This document shows positions 21,099-29,874 of a stretch of DNA of 64,000 bases, one piece after another. The stretch covers positions 125,118 to 189,117 of the forward strand of contig DATKGN010000002.1 in assembly GCA_035510735.1 (NCBI GenBank). Reading direction: 5' to 3'. Under the pieces are notes generated by a model. That model worked only from the letters and a program-made list of their open reading frames with translations. It was not told where the DNA came from and did no database searches. Each line of letters starts with the position of its first letter. The first letter of the stretch is position 1. A program made the translations under genes and the position numbers. This DNA is from Patescibacteria group bacterium. Its GTDB lineage: Bacteria > Patescibacteriota > Microgenomatia > UBA10105 > UBA927.

Positions 21099-21861
21099 TG
21101 TATGAGAGCACCTCCTTCCCGACTTCTTCCCCGCCACCCGTACTTATTGAGATAAATGACAGGGTAAGCGTTGCGAAAATAAATGCCTGGATAAATCCGA
21201 CAAACACCTCAAGTGCCATAAACGGCACGGGTAAAATAAACGGCACGAGGAATGCACAGATCAGAAGGAGTACTTCGCCTGCAAACATATTACCGAATAA
21301 CCGGAAAGAAAAAGACAGAAGCTTTGTAAGTTCACTTACTAGTTCAAAAAATCCGATAACCGCCTTCAAAGGGCTACCGAAATTAATAAACCGCCCAAGG
21401 TACGCCCTCAATTTCAACTGCCGCAGGGAAAAATACTGCGTGGCCGCCACCGAAATGACCGCAAGCGCGAGGGTCGTTGAGAGATCGGTATTGGGCGACC
21501 GTAAAAACGGATATTTCGCGCCGGAGGAGGCAATGACATACAAGGATCCCAGGAATCCCGGGAAAAGGGCGAGCAGATTTGCCGTCAGGATGAATAGGAA
21601 AAACGTCGCGATAAGGGGTAACACCCTGCGGGACATGGCGGGATTATGGGTCACGGCATCAATACGCCGTATCCACTCATGCATGGCGAGCATCAGAAGC
21701 TTCACGAACACACTTTTCGGTTTATTGACTTCTCTGGAAAACGAAATAGCAAGTATTGTAAGGACAATTGTCACGAGAATGCTCGTCACAAATGTATTGG
21801 TCATGGGGAGACCGAGTACCCGAAGGACGACCGCTGAACGTATATCGACAGGTATGTGCAT
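21091..21861 (-). CDS. atpB: ATP synthase a subunit
   Basis: FRLFGNMFAGEVLL conserved Arg-containing helix. Confidence 0.85.
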   Translation of the reverse strand: MHIPVDIRSAVVLRVLGLPMTNTFVTSILVTIVLTILAISFSREVNKPKSVFVKLLMLAMHEWIRRIDAVTHNPAMSRRVLPLIATFFLFILTANLLALFPGFLGSLYVIASSGAKYPFLRSPNTDLSTTLALAVISVAATQYFSLRQLKLRAYLGRFINFGSPLKAVIGFFELVSELTKLLSFSFRLFGNMFAGEVLLLICAFLVPFILPVPFMALEVFVGFIQAFIFATLTLSFISISTGGGEEVGKEVLSYNE

Positions 21862-22101
21862 GGGCAGGTAACCACTATCTTATGCTGGTTTGTCACGTAA
21901 GTGCGTGACCAAAGCAGCTTAGATATGGTTATACTTCTCTACGTTACCACAAAATAATCATTTTGAGAATGAATCGTGTTAGGTGTTTTACAGAGACCGC
22001 CGCGATGATATAGTAGATATATGAGTATCGGCATCCATCATTGGCACAAACGTCATGCGAAAAAAACAGTAAACTATAAAAAGGGACTTCAATCCGAACG
22101 A

Positions 22102-22359
22102 ATGAAAGAGTTCCTGGATAAGTTAGTATACTTATCCTCAATAACAGCGGTTGCGGCCAACATCCCTCAGCTTTACACCATATGGTTTCTCCATAAAACC
22201 GACGGTGTCTCATCAATTTCGTGGATCACGTTTTTCCTTAGCTCCCTCTTCTGGCTTTTCTACGGCTACGTCCACAAGAGTAAACCGATCATACTCCTCA
22301 ATACCTCGCTCGCATGTGTCCAGCTTGCGATCGTCGTCGGCATCCTCGTAAAACCGTAA
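22102..22359 (+). CDS. SemiSWEET / PQ-loop family small transporter
   Basis: 86 aa, 3 TM helices, PQ motif in TM1 (AANIPQLYTIW); start moved to the ATG at 22102. Confidence 0.5.
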   Translation: MKEFLDKLVYLSSITAVAANIPQLYTIWFLHKTDGVSSISWITFFLSSLFWLFYGYVHKSKPIILLNTSLACVQLAIVVGILVKP

Positions 22360-22439
22360 TTTACCGCCTTGCTCCGCGCACAAATTGCAGCACCGTCACG
22401 AGCATAAGACTATGACAGTCTTTTTAACGCGTTTGTCGC

Positions 22440-22900
22440 CAACGACATTGAGATCCGGGCTTCAGTTTCACTCGTGAAATATGGTTTTACCTTCCATCAA
22501 GATTCTTCTCACTCGCAAAGTGAATCCGGACTCAATGCTGTTGGCTCCCTCGCGGTTAGTCCAACTAGATTACGAAATAGTCTCAAGCGTTGGCGGATGT
22601 CCTCGATCCTGAGATCAAGGATCTAAGGGCGCAAAAATTGTGCGTGCTCGCCGCGTTTATTAATCTCTTAGCTGGTATTAAAAGAAACCGTCACCAGAAT
22701 CCTCACGACTGCCACCGCTCTTAAATATAAAAGGGTTCATTGGCATTTCTCGAGCATCGCAACCCCGAGCCAACTGACTCTCAGCAAACCCGATGAGCGT
22801 ACATTTTACGTAAATGCAGGGGAAATAACAGAACTCCGGCGATGCGAGGAAATGACAAAAGAACCCGGGTTACGACATATAAAACTTCCGCTTGGGTTCC
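22440..22900 (+). ncRNA. rnpB: RNase P RNA (bacterial type A-like)
   Basis: 500-bp ORF-free region. AAAGTGAATCCGGACTCAATG matches the P4 5' strand GGAAAGUCCGGGCUCCAUAG. CTAAGGGCGCAAAAATTGTGCG matches AAGGGUGAAAGGGUGCG. AAATATAAAAGGGTTCATTGG matches AAAUAGGGGUUCAUAAGG. GAGGAAATGACAAAAGAACCCGGGTTACG matches GAUGAAUGAC..ACAGAACCCGGCUUA (the P4 3' strand). The exact ends (P1) are not resolved. Confidence 0.7.
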
Positions 22901-23562
22901 GGAAACTTTTCGATCGCGTACCGGAGCATCGTCCGTGGCATGGTTTTGTAATGTTTGTTGAGGAATGCAATTTCAGCCGCCTCATCCATCTTCCCCAATT
23001 CCCGTAGCATCCACCCGACGGCTTTGTGAATAAGATCATGGTCGTCATGAAGGAGAATTTCAGAGATGGCGAAGGTCTCATTAAATTGTTTTTGGCGAAG
23101 AAGTGCGTAACACGCAACCATCGAAATCCTTCGTTCCCACAGGCTTTTTGATTTGGCGAGCCGAAGGAGTAGCGTTCGCTCTTTGGGATGGTCAAGGAGA
23201 TACGTTCCTACAATTTCGTGAGAGGATAAATCGACAAGATCCCAGTTATTAATGTATTTGGTATTGGCGAGGTACAGGTCAACAATCTTTTTCCGTTCTT
23301 CATCCCCCGCTTTCTCAATTTTATAGCAAAGGATGAGAAGGGCCGTCAGGCGGTATTCGTGAAGCTTGTTATGAAGGAGCATCTCAACTTCGGTAAGCGG
23401 CAGATTTGTATATTTCTTTGCAACCGCCCGCTGGTCGGGTACCGTGATCCCCAAAAACACGTCACCTTCGCCGTACTGTCCCTTCCCGGTTTTGAAGAAC
23501 CGGAGGAGGAACACCGCTTTTTCCTTGTTTGCAAGCTTATTTAAATCCTGGGTAACACTCAT
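22870..23562 (-). CDS. DNA alkylation repair protein (AlkD/AlkC-like HEAT-repeat glycosylase)
   Basis: HEAT-like repeats, YINNWDLVDLSSHEIVG motif; start trimmed to M24 (MSVTQDL) to remove overlap with the upstream gene. Confidence 0.65.
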   Translation of the reverse strand: MSVTQDLNKLANKEKAVFLLRFFKTGKGQYGEGDVFLGITVPDQRAVAKKYTNLPLTEVEMLLHNKLHEYRLTALLILCYKIEKAGDEERKKIVDLYLANTKYINNWDLVDLSSHEIVGTYLLDHPKERTLLLRLAKSKSLWERRISMVACYALLRQKQFNETFAISEILLHDDHDLIHKAVGWMLRELGKMDEAAEIAFLNKHYKTMPRTMLRYAIEKFPEPKRKFYMS

Positions 23563-23572
23563 CACGCCTATT

Positions 23573-23935
23573 CTACTCCATGGGGGTCGCAAGTTGGAAG
23601 TAGTTGCCGTCCGGATCTTCAAATGTCGCAAGCGTCATTTCGGAACTCTCACCCGGATGATACGGAGCGGCCACCACTTTGGCGCCGGTCGCTTTAATCC
23701 GTTTAAATTCCTCTTCGACGTTCTTGGTCTCAACGTTGAACATCATGCGCTCCGGGTTTTTATTTTTACCTTTTACCTTATCGTGCGGTCCGACCATGAC
23801 GAAGCCCGTCCCGACTTGAAATCCCGAGTATTCACCCTGTTTCCATCCGGGATCGACGTTGAAGACCTTCTTATAAAATTCTGCAAGCTTACCGGGATTT
23901 TCCGAAAATATAAGTAGAGAATTAAATGACAACAT
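23573..23935 (-). CDS. VOC/glyoxalase-bleomycin resistance family protein
   Basis: 120 aa, beta-alpha-beta-beta-beta pattern, metal-ligand-like H/E positions (VMVGPHD..., FEDPDGNYFQL). Confidence 0.65.
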   Translation of the reverse strand: MLSFNSLLIFSENPGKLAEFYKKVFNVDPGWKQGEYSGFQVGTGFVMVGPHDKVKGKNKNPERMMFNVETKNVEEEFKRIKATGAKVVAAPYHPGESSEMTLATFEDPDGNYFQLATPME

Positions 23936-23987
23936 ATGCTTGAACCTCCTTCAGGTCCACCCAGCATATATGTAATCTATATTACAG

Positions 23988-24851
23988 TCAAGAAGTCAAA
24001 GTGGTAAGGATTTCCTCCGCGTGGGAAACGGAAATAAAATGTCCTTCCCCTGGATAAACCGTCAGCACGCTTCCCGCGATATGTGAATGGTAATACTTCC
24101 CCATGTTAAGTGATACGTTCCGGTCGTCCTCTCCGTAAAACAAAAATGCTTTTGCATGGATTGCACCGACGTCAAATCCCCAATCGGTACAATAGAGCTT
24201 AAGATCGAGCTCGGGTCCTCTGATCCCCTGCCGGAATGCCTCGCGGTAGTTTGCGAGAACCGATTCCGAAAGCTTCGGGTTCCTATACAGTTTGCGGTCT
24301 TCTTTCGCCCCGAAAAAATACTTGTGAAGCCCCAAATGGATTCCGTAATACGCATTTATATACTGAATCAACGTTGAAATTCTGCGGACAACGGGATATT
24401 TCCTATAATTCGCCCAGCCGATTTTACTCATCCACATCATGCCGTCAAGCGATTCAGGGCCGATAATGGGCGCAAGTCCGACAACAATCCCGGCTTTTGT
24501 AATCCGCTCCGGGATTTTATACGCACACACCGCAGCGTACGGCCCGCCGCCGGATTGACCCATGACGGCAAACGTCTTGATCTTCAGATGATCAGTAAGA
24601 GCGGTGACGTCGCCCGGCCAATCGAGAAGCGTCCGGTCTTTTTGGTAATCAGAATATCCGAATCCGGGCCGGTCAGGAGAAATGATGCGGATATGGAGTT
24701 TTTTGGCGAGTGCATCGTTTTTTGCCGCAAATAACCGTGACGAAGGCCAACCATGGAAAAAGAATACCGGTTTCCCTTTGAGATCGCCGTACTCGTTATA
24801 TGCGAGGTACCGCCCGTCTTTCAGCCTGCAAAGTTCAAACGCATCGTTCAT
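23988..24851 (-). CDS. alpha/beta hydrolase
   Basis: HGWPSS oxyanion motif, GQSGGG nucleophile elbow; start trimmed to MNDAFEL. Confidence 0.75.
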   Translation of the reverse strand: MNDAFELCRLKDGRYLAYNEYGDLKGKPVFFFHGWPSSRLFAAKNDALAKKLHIRIISPDRPGFGYSDYQKDRTLLDWPGDVTALTDHLKIKTFAVMGQSGGGPYAAVCAYKIPERITKAGIVVGLAPIIGPESLDGMMWMSKIGWANYRKYPVVRRISTLIQYINAYYGIHLGLHKYFFGAKEDRKLYRNPKLSESVLANYREAFRQGIRGPELDLKLYCTDWGFDVGAIHAKAFLFYGEDDRNVSLNMGKYYHSHIAGSVLTVYPGEGHFISVSHAEEILTTLTS

Positions 24852-24852
24852 A

Positions 24853-25200
24853 TTACTTTTTCTTTTTGGCCCGCAGTGCCGCTTCATATGCTGCAATCGC
24901 CCAAGGATAAATCGCCTCTGGGTTGTCGGCAACAATCCCAGGCACTTCCCAAAACGACAGCGCTACCGTTTTCCCCGTGTGGCCGGTATACATAAAGGGT
25001 TTACTCCCTTCTGCTTCGTAATCCTTCTGACTTACCGAATCGACCTTAAAGTACAACATGCCAGAGTGGATTAAGCCGATGCAAACTCCATGCCGGTAAA
25101 TCCCGTGTCCGCCGAACAGTGTCCGAACACTGATCCCGTCAACCTCACGCAGTAATTCATCCTCGACATATTCCTTAAAACTGTCATCTTTATGTGCCAT
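24853..25200 (-). CDS. TfoX N-terminal domain protein
   Basis: 115 aa, TLFGGHGIYRHGVCIGL motif typical of TfoX_N; no C-terminal TfoX domain. Confidence 0.55.
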   Translation of the reverse strand: MAHKDDSFKEYVEDELLREVDGISVRTLFGGHGIYRHGVCIGLIHSGMLYFKVDSVSQKDYEAEGSKPFMYTGHTGKTVALSFWEVPGIVADNPEAIYPWAIAAYEAALRAKKKK

Positions 25201-26064
25201 AGGTGCATTGTATCAAAGCCAAAGACTCCGGCAAGTTATATTTACTATAAGATTGATTATTACCTTATAGTAAGGTATACTTACTTTATGTTTTACGCAG
25301 AAAGAGTCGACAAACACAGCCCGCGTTATGCCATTGAATCATTTTATGATAGTGCGAAGTTGTATCTGCCTTCCGGTCTGACACCATATAAAGAAAAATA
25401 TGATTCAAATAATCAAATAGCGTTTAATTCCCCCAATGGCGATTTGGTAACCGTATATTTGGAAAAAACCCAGGGGTTAGACCAAAGACATGGCACATAT
25501 GCATATGTAGTGGCGAGAAGGAACAAACAGGATAGTGGGTTTGTTTGGATGGCATTAAAATTTCATCAACGACAACATGAACCGTTTTTCCAATCTATTC
25601 TGAACCAAGACCATTATAATAAACAATTAGGATATACCGTCTTTTCCCTTAATCGGAACAGTCATAAGGGAGAGGTAAATATGGGTATAGATTTCAACAG
25701 AAGTCCTAATCGTAATCCAAGTCTTACAAAACCTGCTCACGCAAAGCTCTATATATTTGATCTCTGGAAATATCATCGGGCAAAGTTGATAGTTACCGCA
25801 GATTCCCGTGATGAAAACTACTCCGAGTTGTTATTTGGACCTGATTCAGGCGGCTTATATGATGAAAATGGCGGTGATCTTCAGTTACCGGACACAATTC
25901 CCCAGCTCACACGGTTTCGCATATCAACTGATATGCCGCTCATAAAGGCAGCGTTTAATGAGCACATCGGCAACAAAGGAGAACCAATAAATCCATTTGT
26001 CTCTTTTCCCCAGGCGTACACAAAGATTGAGCGGTACGCGCTTAACTCTCTGAAGGCGGAATAG
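25192..26064 (+). CDS. hypothetical protein
   Basis: ORF; the real start is possibly at MFYAERVD; its 3' end overlaps the convergent ORF by 23 nt. Confidence 0.4.
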   Translation: MCHRCIVSKPKTPASYIYYKIDYYLIVRYTYFMFYAERVDKHSPRYAIESFYDSAKLYLPSGLTPYKEKYDSNNQIAFNSPNGDLVTVYLEKTQGLDQRHGTYAYVVARRNKQDSGFVWMALKFHQRQHEPFFQSILNQDHYNKQLGYTVFSLNRNSHKGEVNMGIDFNRSPNRNPSLTKPAHAKLYIFDLWKYHRAKLIVTADSRDENYSELLFGPDSGGLYDENGGDLQLPDTIPQLTRFRISTDMPLIKAAFNEHIGNKGEPINPFVSFPQAYTKIERYALNSLKAE

Positions 26065-26692
26065 CCTCTTCTTCCTTATCTTTCCTATCGTAATTAATGA
26101 AGGGAGGGTTGTAGTCAGGCATCACGGTTCTCATATTTTTAGTAAATGCGATTAAGCTGTTTTGTGACGGGCAGATGCGTTTGAGGTCGTCTGCTTTAAG
26201 CACCGCGAGCTCCGGAACCGTGTGCAGTTTCTCATCAATCATCCGATTATAGAGATAACGCCCGGGTTTAATAGTTTCCAGAGCTCTGTCGCCAAAATAC
26301 CATCTGCGCCACACGCGGACCAAAACCCAATATAACTCCTGCCGGAAGTCGCCGATCTTCGGGTCTCCGCTCGTCTGGGCTTTGATCTCTGACTCCGTCA
26401 GAAACCGTTTGTACTTCCCCTCTCCCTGCCGGTCGATAGACAAGGTTAAGATTAATACATCATGCGGGGAAAGCACCTGATCAACGGTAAATTGACCGCT
26501 CGCCTGAATTTCCGTAATGTTGTAGCGGAGCTGGTCCCGAAACGGGTGGGTAAACCGCCTATCCTTCAGTTCGTTCTTCTGTAATACGTCGTGGTCAACA
26601 TGTTCCGGCATCCACGATTTCCTGACAACCTCACGGACCTCAACGCCTGCAAACTCAGGTAACATCTGTGGATTCCCCTCCGGCAAAGTCAT
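26042..26692 (-). CDS. hypothetical protein (216 aa)
   Basis: ORF, no motif. Confidence 0.45.
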   Translation of the reverse strand: MTLPEGNPQMLPEFAGVEVREVVRKSWMPEHVDHDVLQKNELKDRRFTHPFRDQLRYNITEIQASGQFTVDQVLSPHDVLILTLSIDRQGEGKYKRFLTESEIKAQTSGDPKIGDFRQELYWVLVRVWRRWYFGDRALETIKPGRYLYNRMIDEKLHTVPELAVLKADDLKRICPSQNSLIAFTKNMRTVMPDYNPPFINYDRKDKEEEAIPPSES

Positions 26693-26813
26693 AGGAAGCT
26701 ATTGTAGTATATATACCCTCTTAATCTAAAATAGATTAACACCCGCCCGCAATTCCGATTGCGAGGGGTAGATCACGTATATACTTGATGTGTCACACCC
26801 GGTAATTTATTTA

Positions 26814-27503
26814 TTATCCTGTCACCTCTGTAACACCAAATATTTCAACACCGTCGTAACTAGTTTGAACTTGCAATATTCGGGTGCCAACCTTAATAAC
26901 AATTATCCTGGGGCCGGGTTCTTGAGATATTGAAATAATTTTGGCAGTTTCTAGCCATCCTAATTCCCGTAATTTCTCAATAACTAAAGAGTAATAATTT
27001 TCTCTTTGTGATTGATAAGTCTCCTTCTTCCGAATATCTTCAAGCCAAATAAATATAATAAACGTAGTCGATGTTAGCATTGCCCCATAACTTAACCATT
27101 GGCAAAAAATTGCGAAGTTCATGATATTAGGTTGAATAATATTTTTTGAGGAAATAATAAATATAAAAACTAAAAGTGAAGCGAAAAACAACTTTATCAA
27201 ATTTTTTAAAAATCCATAAGCAATCTTTTCAGGAGCTACGTATGGCGCCGGCTGAGTCGGATTACTATTCGTCCGTATCATAAAGAAGTTAGATTTCCAG
27301 TACGAGTAAATTGCGATTGTAATTATTGAAAAAAATAAAACGATGATATTTACTAAATTTAAATTTTCATGGTTTAGGAGCAGTGAGTTGAGCTTTAATC
27401 TGTCTGAAAAATCCACTGCGAAAAATGCAAAAACCTGTACCAAAGCGGGTGTTAAAGATATTATCGTATTAAAAATATTATTTGCAAAATCCTTGTGTTT
27501 CAT
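26814..27503 (-). CDS. hypothetical membrane protein in an AT-rich segment
   Basis: 4 TM helices plus a C-terminal soluble ~60 aa; the local sequence is visibly much more AT-rich than its flanks. Confidence 0.5.
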   Translation of the reverse strand: MKHKDFANNIFNTIISLTPALVQVFAFFAVDFSDRLKLNSLLLNHENLNLVNIIVLFFSIITIAIYSYWKSNFFMIRTNSNPTQPAPYVAPEKIAYGFLKNLIKLFFASLLVFIFIISSKNIIQPNIMNFAIFCQWLSYGAMLTSTTFIIFIWLEDIRKKETYQSQRENYYSLVIEKLRELGWLETAKIISISQEPGPRIIVIKVGTRILQVQTSYDGVEIFGVTEVTG

Positions 27504-27516
27504 AAGTTGATATCTA

Positions 27517-28032
27517 CTATTTCCACTGAAATATCGCGCCGAGGAGCGTCATCATCGGTGAAACGTTCCACCACTGGAACGACGGCGTGGTTGCAGGCTG
27601 TGGCGGCATGTACGTTGGCGTTGCGGTAACCGTTACCATTGCAGTCGGTGTCGCTGTCGGCGTAGTTATTTCGGTCGGCGCTGGGGTAAGCGTTACCGTC
27701 CCCACCTTCGCTGAAGCTTCGGTGGGTAAAGGCGTTGGCGTATAGGTTGCAATCGGCGCGTAGGCCGCAGGCGGTAGGATATATCGGGTGGGTGGAACGG
27801 TGACAACCGGCGCCTGTGTAGTAACGGTATTATTCGTGCTTCCGCCGCACATGACCATGGAAGCATACGAGCAGGATGAACCGGTCCAGCCGTCATTGCA
27901 GATCACATTGCCATTCCCCTGCGGCCCCACACCACAATTGACGCCGCTATGACCCGAACAACAGCCACTGGTTGCAAAAACAATTGAAGGAAAAAGTAAG
28001 AAAAGTGCGGGCAGGAGGAATATTTTTTTCAT
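27517..28032 (-). CDS. secreted Cys-rich protein with a Thr/Pro-rich linker
   Basis: Signal peptide MKKIFLLPALFLLFPSIVFA, then 10 Cys in ~45 aa (CCSGHSGVNCG...), a TP-rich low-complexity region and a short hydrophobic C-terminus. Confidence 0.6.
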   Translation of the reverse strand: MKKIFLLPALFLLFPSIVFATSGCCSGHSGVNCGVGPQGNGNVICNDGWTGSSCSYASMVMCGGSTNNTVTTQAPVVTVPPTRYILPPAAYAPIATYTPTPLPTEASAKVGTVTLTPAPTEITTPTATPTAMVTVTATPTYMPPQPATTPSFQWWNVSPMMTLLGAIFQWK

Positions 28033-28160
28033 ATGCCTCCCTGATCATCGGCATACTACCACAAACCGTCGGGTTTACCAATACGAAGTTACCGAAACGG
28101 AATCTGTGGCATGCAGGCCATTTTGTACTTACCCGATGTTCCTTGGTATAATGAGCGTTC

Positions 28161-28715
28161 ATGAATCCTATTGTTCCGCCTATTGCCAAATTCTTAACCG
28201 CAGGCACGATTCTTGCCGATATCGCAATCGTCGCCTACGTTATCGGGTGGCTTGTGGGATTGGCTATCAAGCCCATTACTGCGCTCCGCAATAAGGCAAT
28301 TGAGATGATCGCGCCATACGCCCGCATCCTCGGATTTCTTCTCGCTCTCTCAGCTATGGCAGGTAGCCTGTTTTACTCGGAGATCGCCAAGTATCCGCCG
28401 TGCTTCCTCTGCTGGTGGCAGCGGATTTTCATGTATCCGCAGGTGCTTCTTATCGCCATGGGGATAATGAAGGATGACAAGAAAGTTGCTGATTACACGA
28501 TCGCCATGTCTATTATCGGTTTTGTCATTTCCGTCTACCAATATTACATCCAGATGGGCGGAGGCCAGCTTTTCCAATGCGATCTCAATGGCGGCGTCTC
28601 CTGCACCCAGCATTTCCCCTTGGAATTCGGCTACGTGACGCTGCCCATGATGGGCCTGACGGCTTTTGCGGGGCTCATTATCCTTATGTGGATTTCAAAA
28701 AAGCACGCGAAGTAA
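28161..28715 (+). CDS. disulfide bond formation protein B (DsbB/BdbC family)
   Basis: 4 TM helices, CFLCWWQRIFMYP first Cys pair and a second Cys pair CDLNGGVSC in the second periplasmic loop. Confidence 0.7.
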   Translation: MNPIVPPIAKFLTAGTILADIAIVAYVIGWLVGLAIKPITALRNKAIEMIAPYARILGFLLALSAMAGSLFYSEIAKYPPCFLCWWQRIFMYPQVLLIAMGIMKDDKKVADYTIAMSIIGFVISVYQYYIQMGGGQLFQCDLNGGVSCTQHFPLEFGYVTLPMMGLTAFAGLIILMWISKKHAK

Positions 28716-28716
28716 G

Positions 28717-29862
28717 TTATTTCTTCTTTGATCTCACCATTTGTACCATCCCGCCTAAACCCCAGATGACAGCGAGAAATCCGACGATCCCGCCGACAAA
28801 CGGCGCCTTAAACATGAACCAGAGGACGGGCACCCCGACGGCAATCTGAAGGAATGTGTTATCTTTCGTTTTCGCTTTGAAACTATCGAGTATATACCAC
28901 CCGACCCAGAGGGCGACAAACAGGCGGCTTATGGCAATCGCGATAATGTAAAGTAAAACAAGAAGTAACGCAAACGGGATTCCAATAATGGTCACAGCGA
29001 GAATGACGGCAACCACGGGAACGACCATAAGATACACAAACCCCTTCAGCGCTACGGCTATAGGATCTTCCTTCATGACGGTGAATATCTTCTGCGTGAC
29101 TGCCGGCATAAACTTGAGCATAAGAAGACCTACAACGAGAAAAAATAAAATAGACGGAATTGCATTGGCCGGCCAGGGATTGGGAGCGGGCTTTGCGGCA
29201 GCCTGCTGTTTATTCTGCTTCGCAGTAGGCTCATTGGTGACCATCCCGAGAATGGATGCGCTCTTCGGTACAACCACTTTCGTATCGCTCACATAGTGAA
29301 GATTTCCGTACACTTTTGCGGAATCTCCCAAAATAAGTGAACTGGTCTCTACATCAACATTTCCGTGAACTTTCCCGTTAATACCGATCGTTTCCCCGTA
29401 CCCGCCGAGCGATTTTCCGATAATGCCGTTCTGTGTCAGTGTCTGTGCGGCAACAAATAACTCACCCGATACAGAGCTTGCTTGCGATTGGGTAAGCGTT
29501 TGTCCGAATGCGGTAACATTCCGTTTTACCGGTCCTTCGATAGTGATCGTTTGACCGGCGAGTCGTAGATTTCCGTCAACAACTCCACTCACCCGAAGCA
29601 TTTGAGCTGCACAGATGACATCGCCCTCAACAGTCCCTGATATGGTCACATCGTTTCCTGCACAATAGACGTCACCGTGTACGACTCCGTCCACTTTCAC
29701 CGATTTGGCACCAATAAAAAGAGATCCATCAATGACCTGATCTCGGCTTACGTCTACCATCTCCCCGCTTTCGACTTCAAATGCGTGCGCCGCTGGAACC
29801 ACGCGGAATGCGGCAAATAAAATGGTTATGGCAAGTATAAACCGAACAAACTTCATATTCAT
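28717..29862 (-). CDS. signal-peptide protein with a bactofilin-like beta-helix repeat domain and a C-terminal 4-TM domain
   Basis: Repeats of G-x-V-x-G-D/N-V (VDGVVHGDVYCAGNDVTISGTVEGDVICAA...) after the signal peptide; multi-TM C-terminus; 12-nt gap to the upstream ATPase gene. Confidence 0.55.
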   Translation of the reverse strand: MNMKFVRFILAITILFAAFRVVPAAHAFEVESGEMVDVSRDQVIDGSLFIGAKSVKVDGVVHGDVYCAGNDVTISGTVEGDVICAAQMLRVSGVVDGNLRLAGQTITIEGPVKRNVTAFGQTLTQSQASSVSGELFVAAQTLTQNGIIGKSLGGYGETIGINGKVHGNVDVETSSLILGDSAKVYGNLHYVSDTKVVVPKSASILGMVTNEPTAKQNKQQAAAKPAPNPWPANAIPSILFFLVVGLLMLKFMPAVTQKIFTVMKEDPIAVALKGFVYLMVVPVVAVILAVTIIGIPFALLLVLLYIIAIAISRLFVALWVGWYILDSFKAKTKDNTFLQIAVGVPVLWFMFKAPFVGGIVGFLAVIWGLGGMVQMVRSKKK

Positions 29863-29874
29863 ACTATATCATAA

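Noticed and set aside
22449-22464. GAGATCCGGGCTTCAG as the RNase P P4 5' strand
   Set aside because: The downstream AAAGTGAATCCGGACTC (22517-22533) gives a much better alignment and a P4-P4 spacing (~340 nt) compatible with type A RNA; the upstream copy probably belongs to P1-P3
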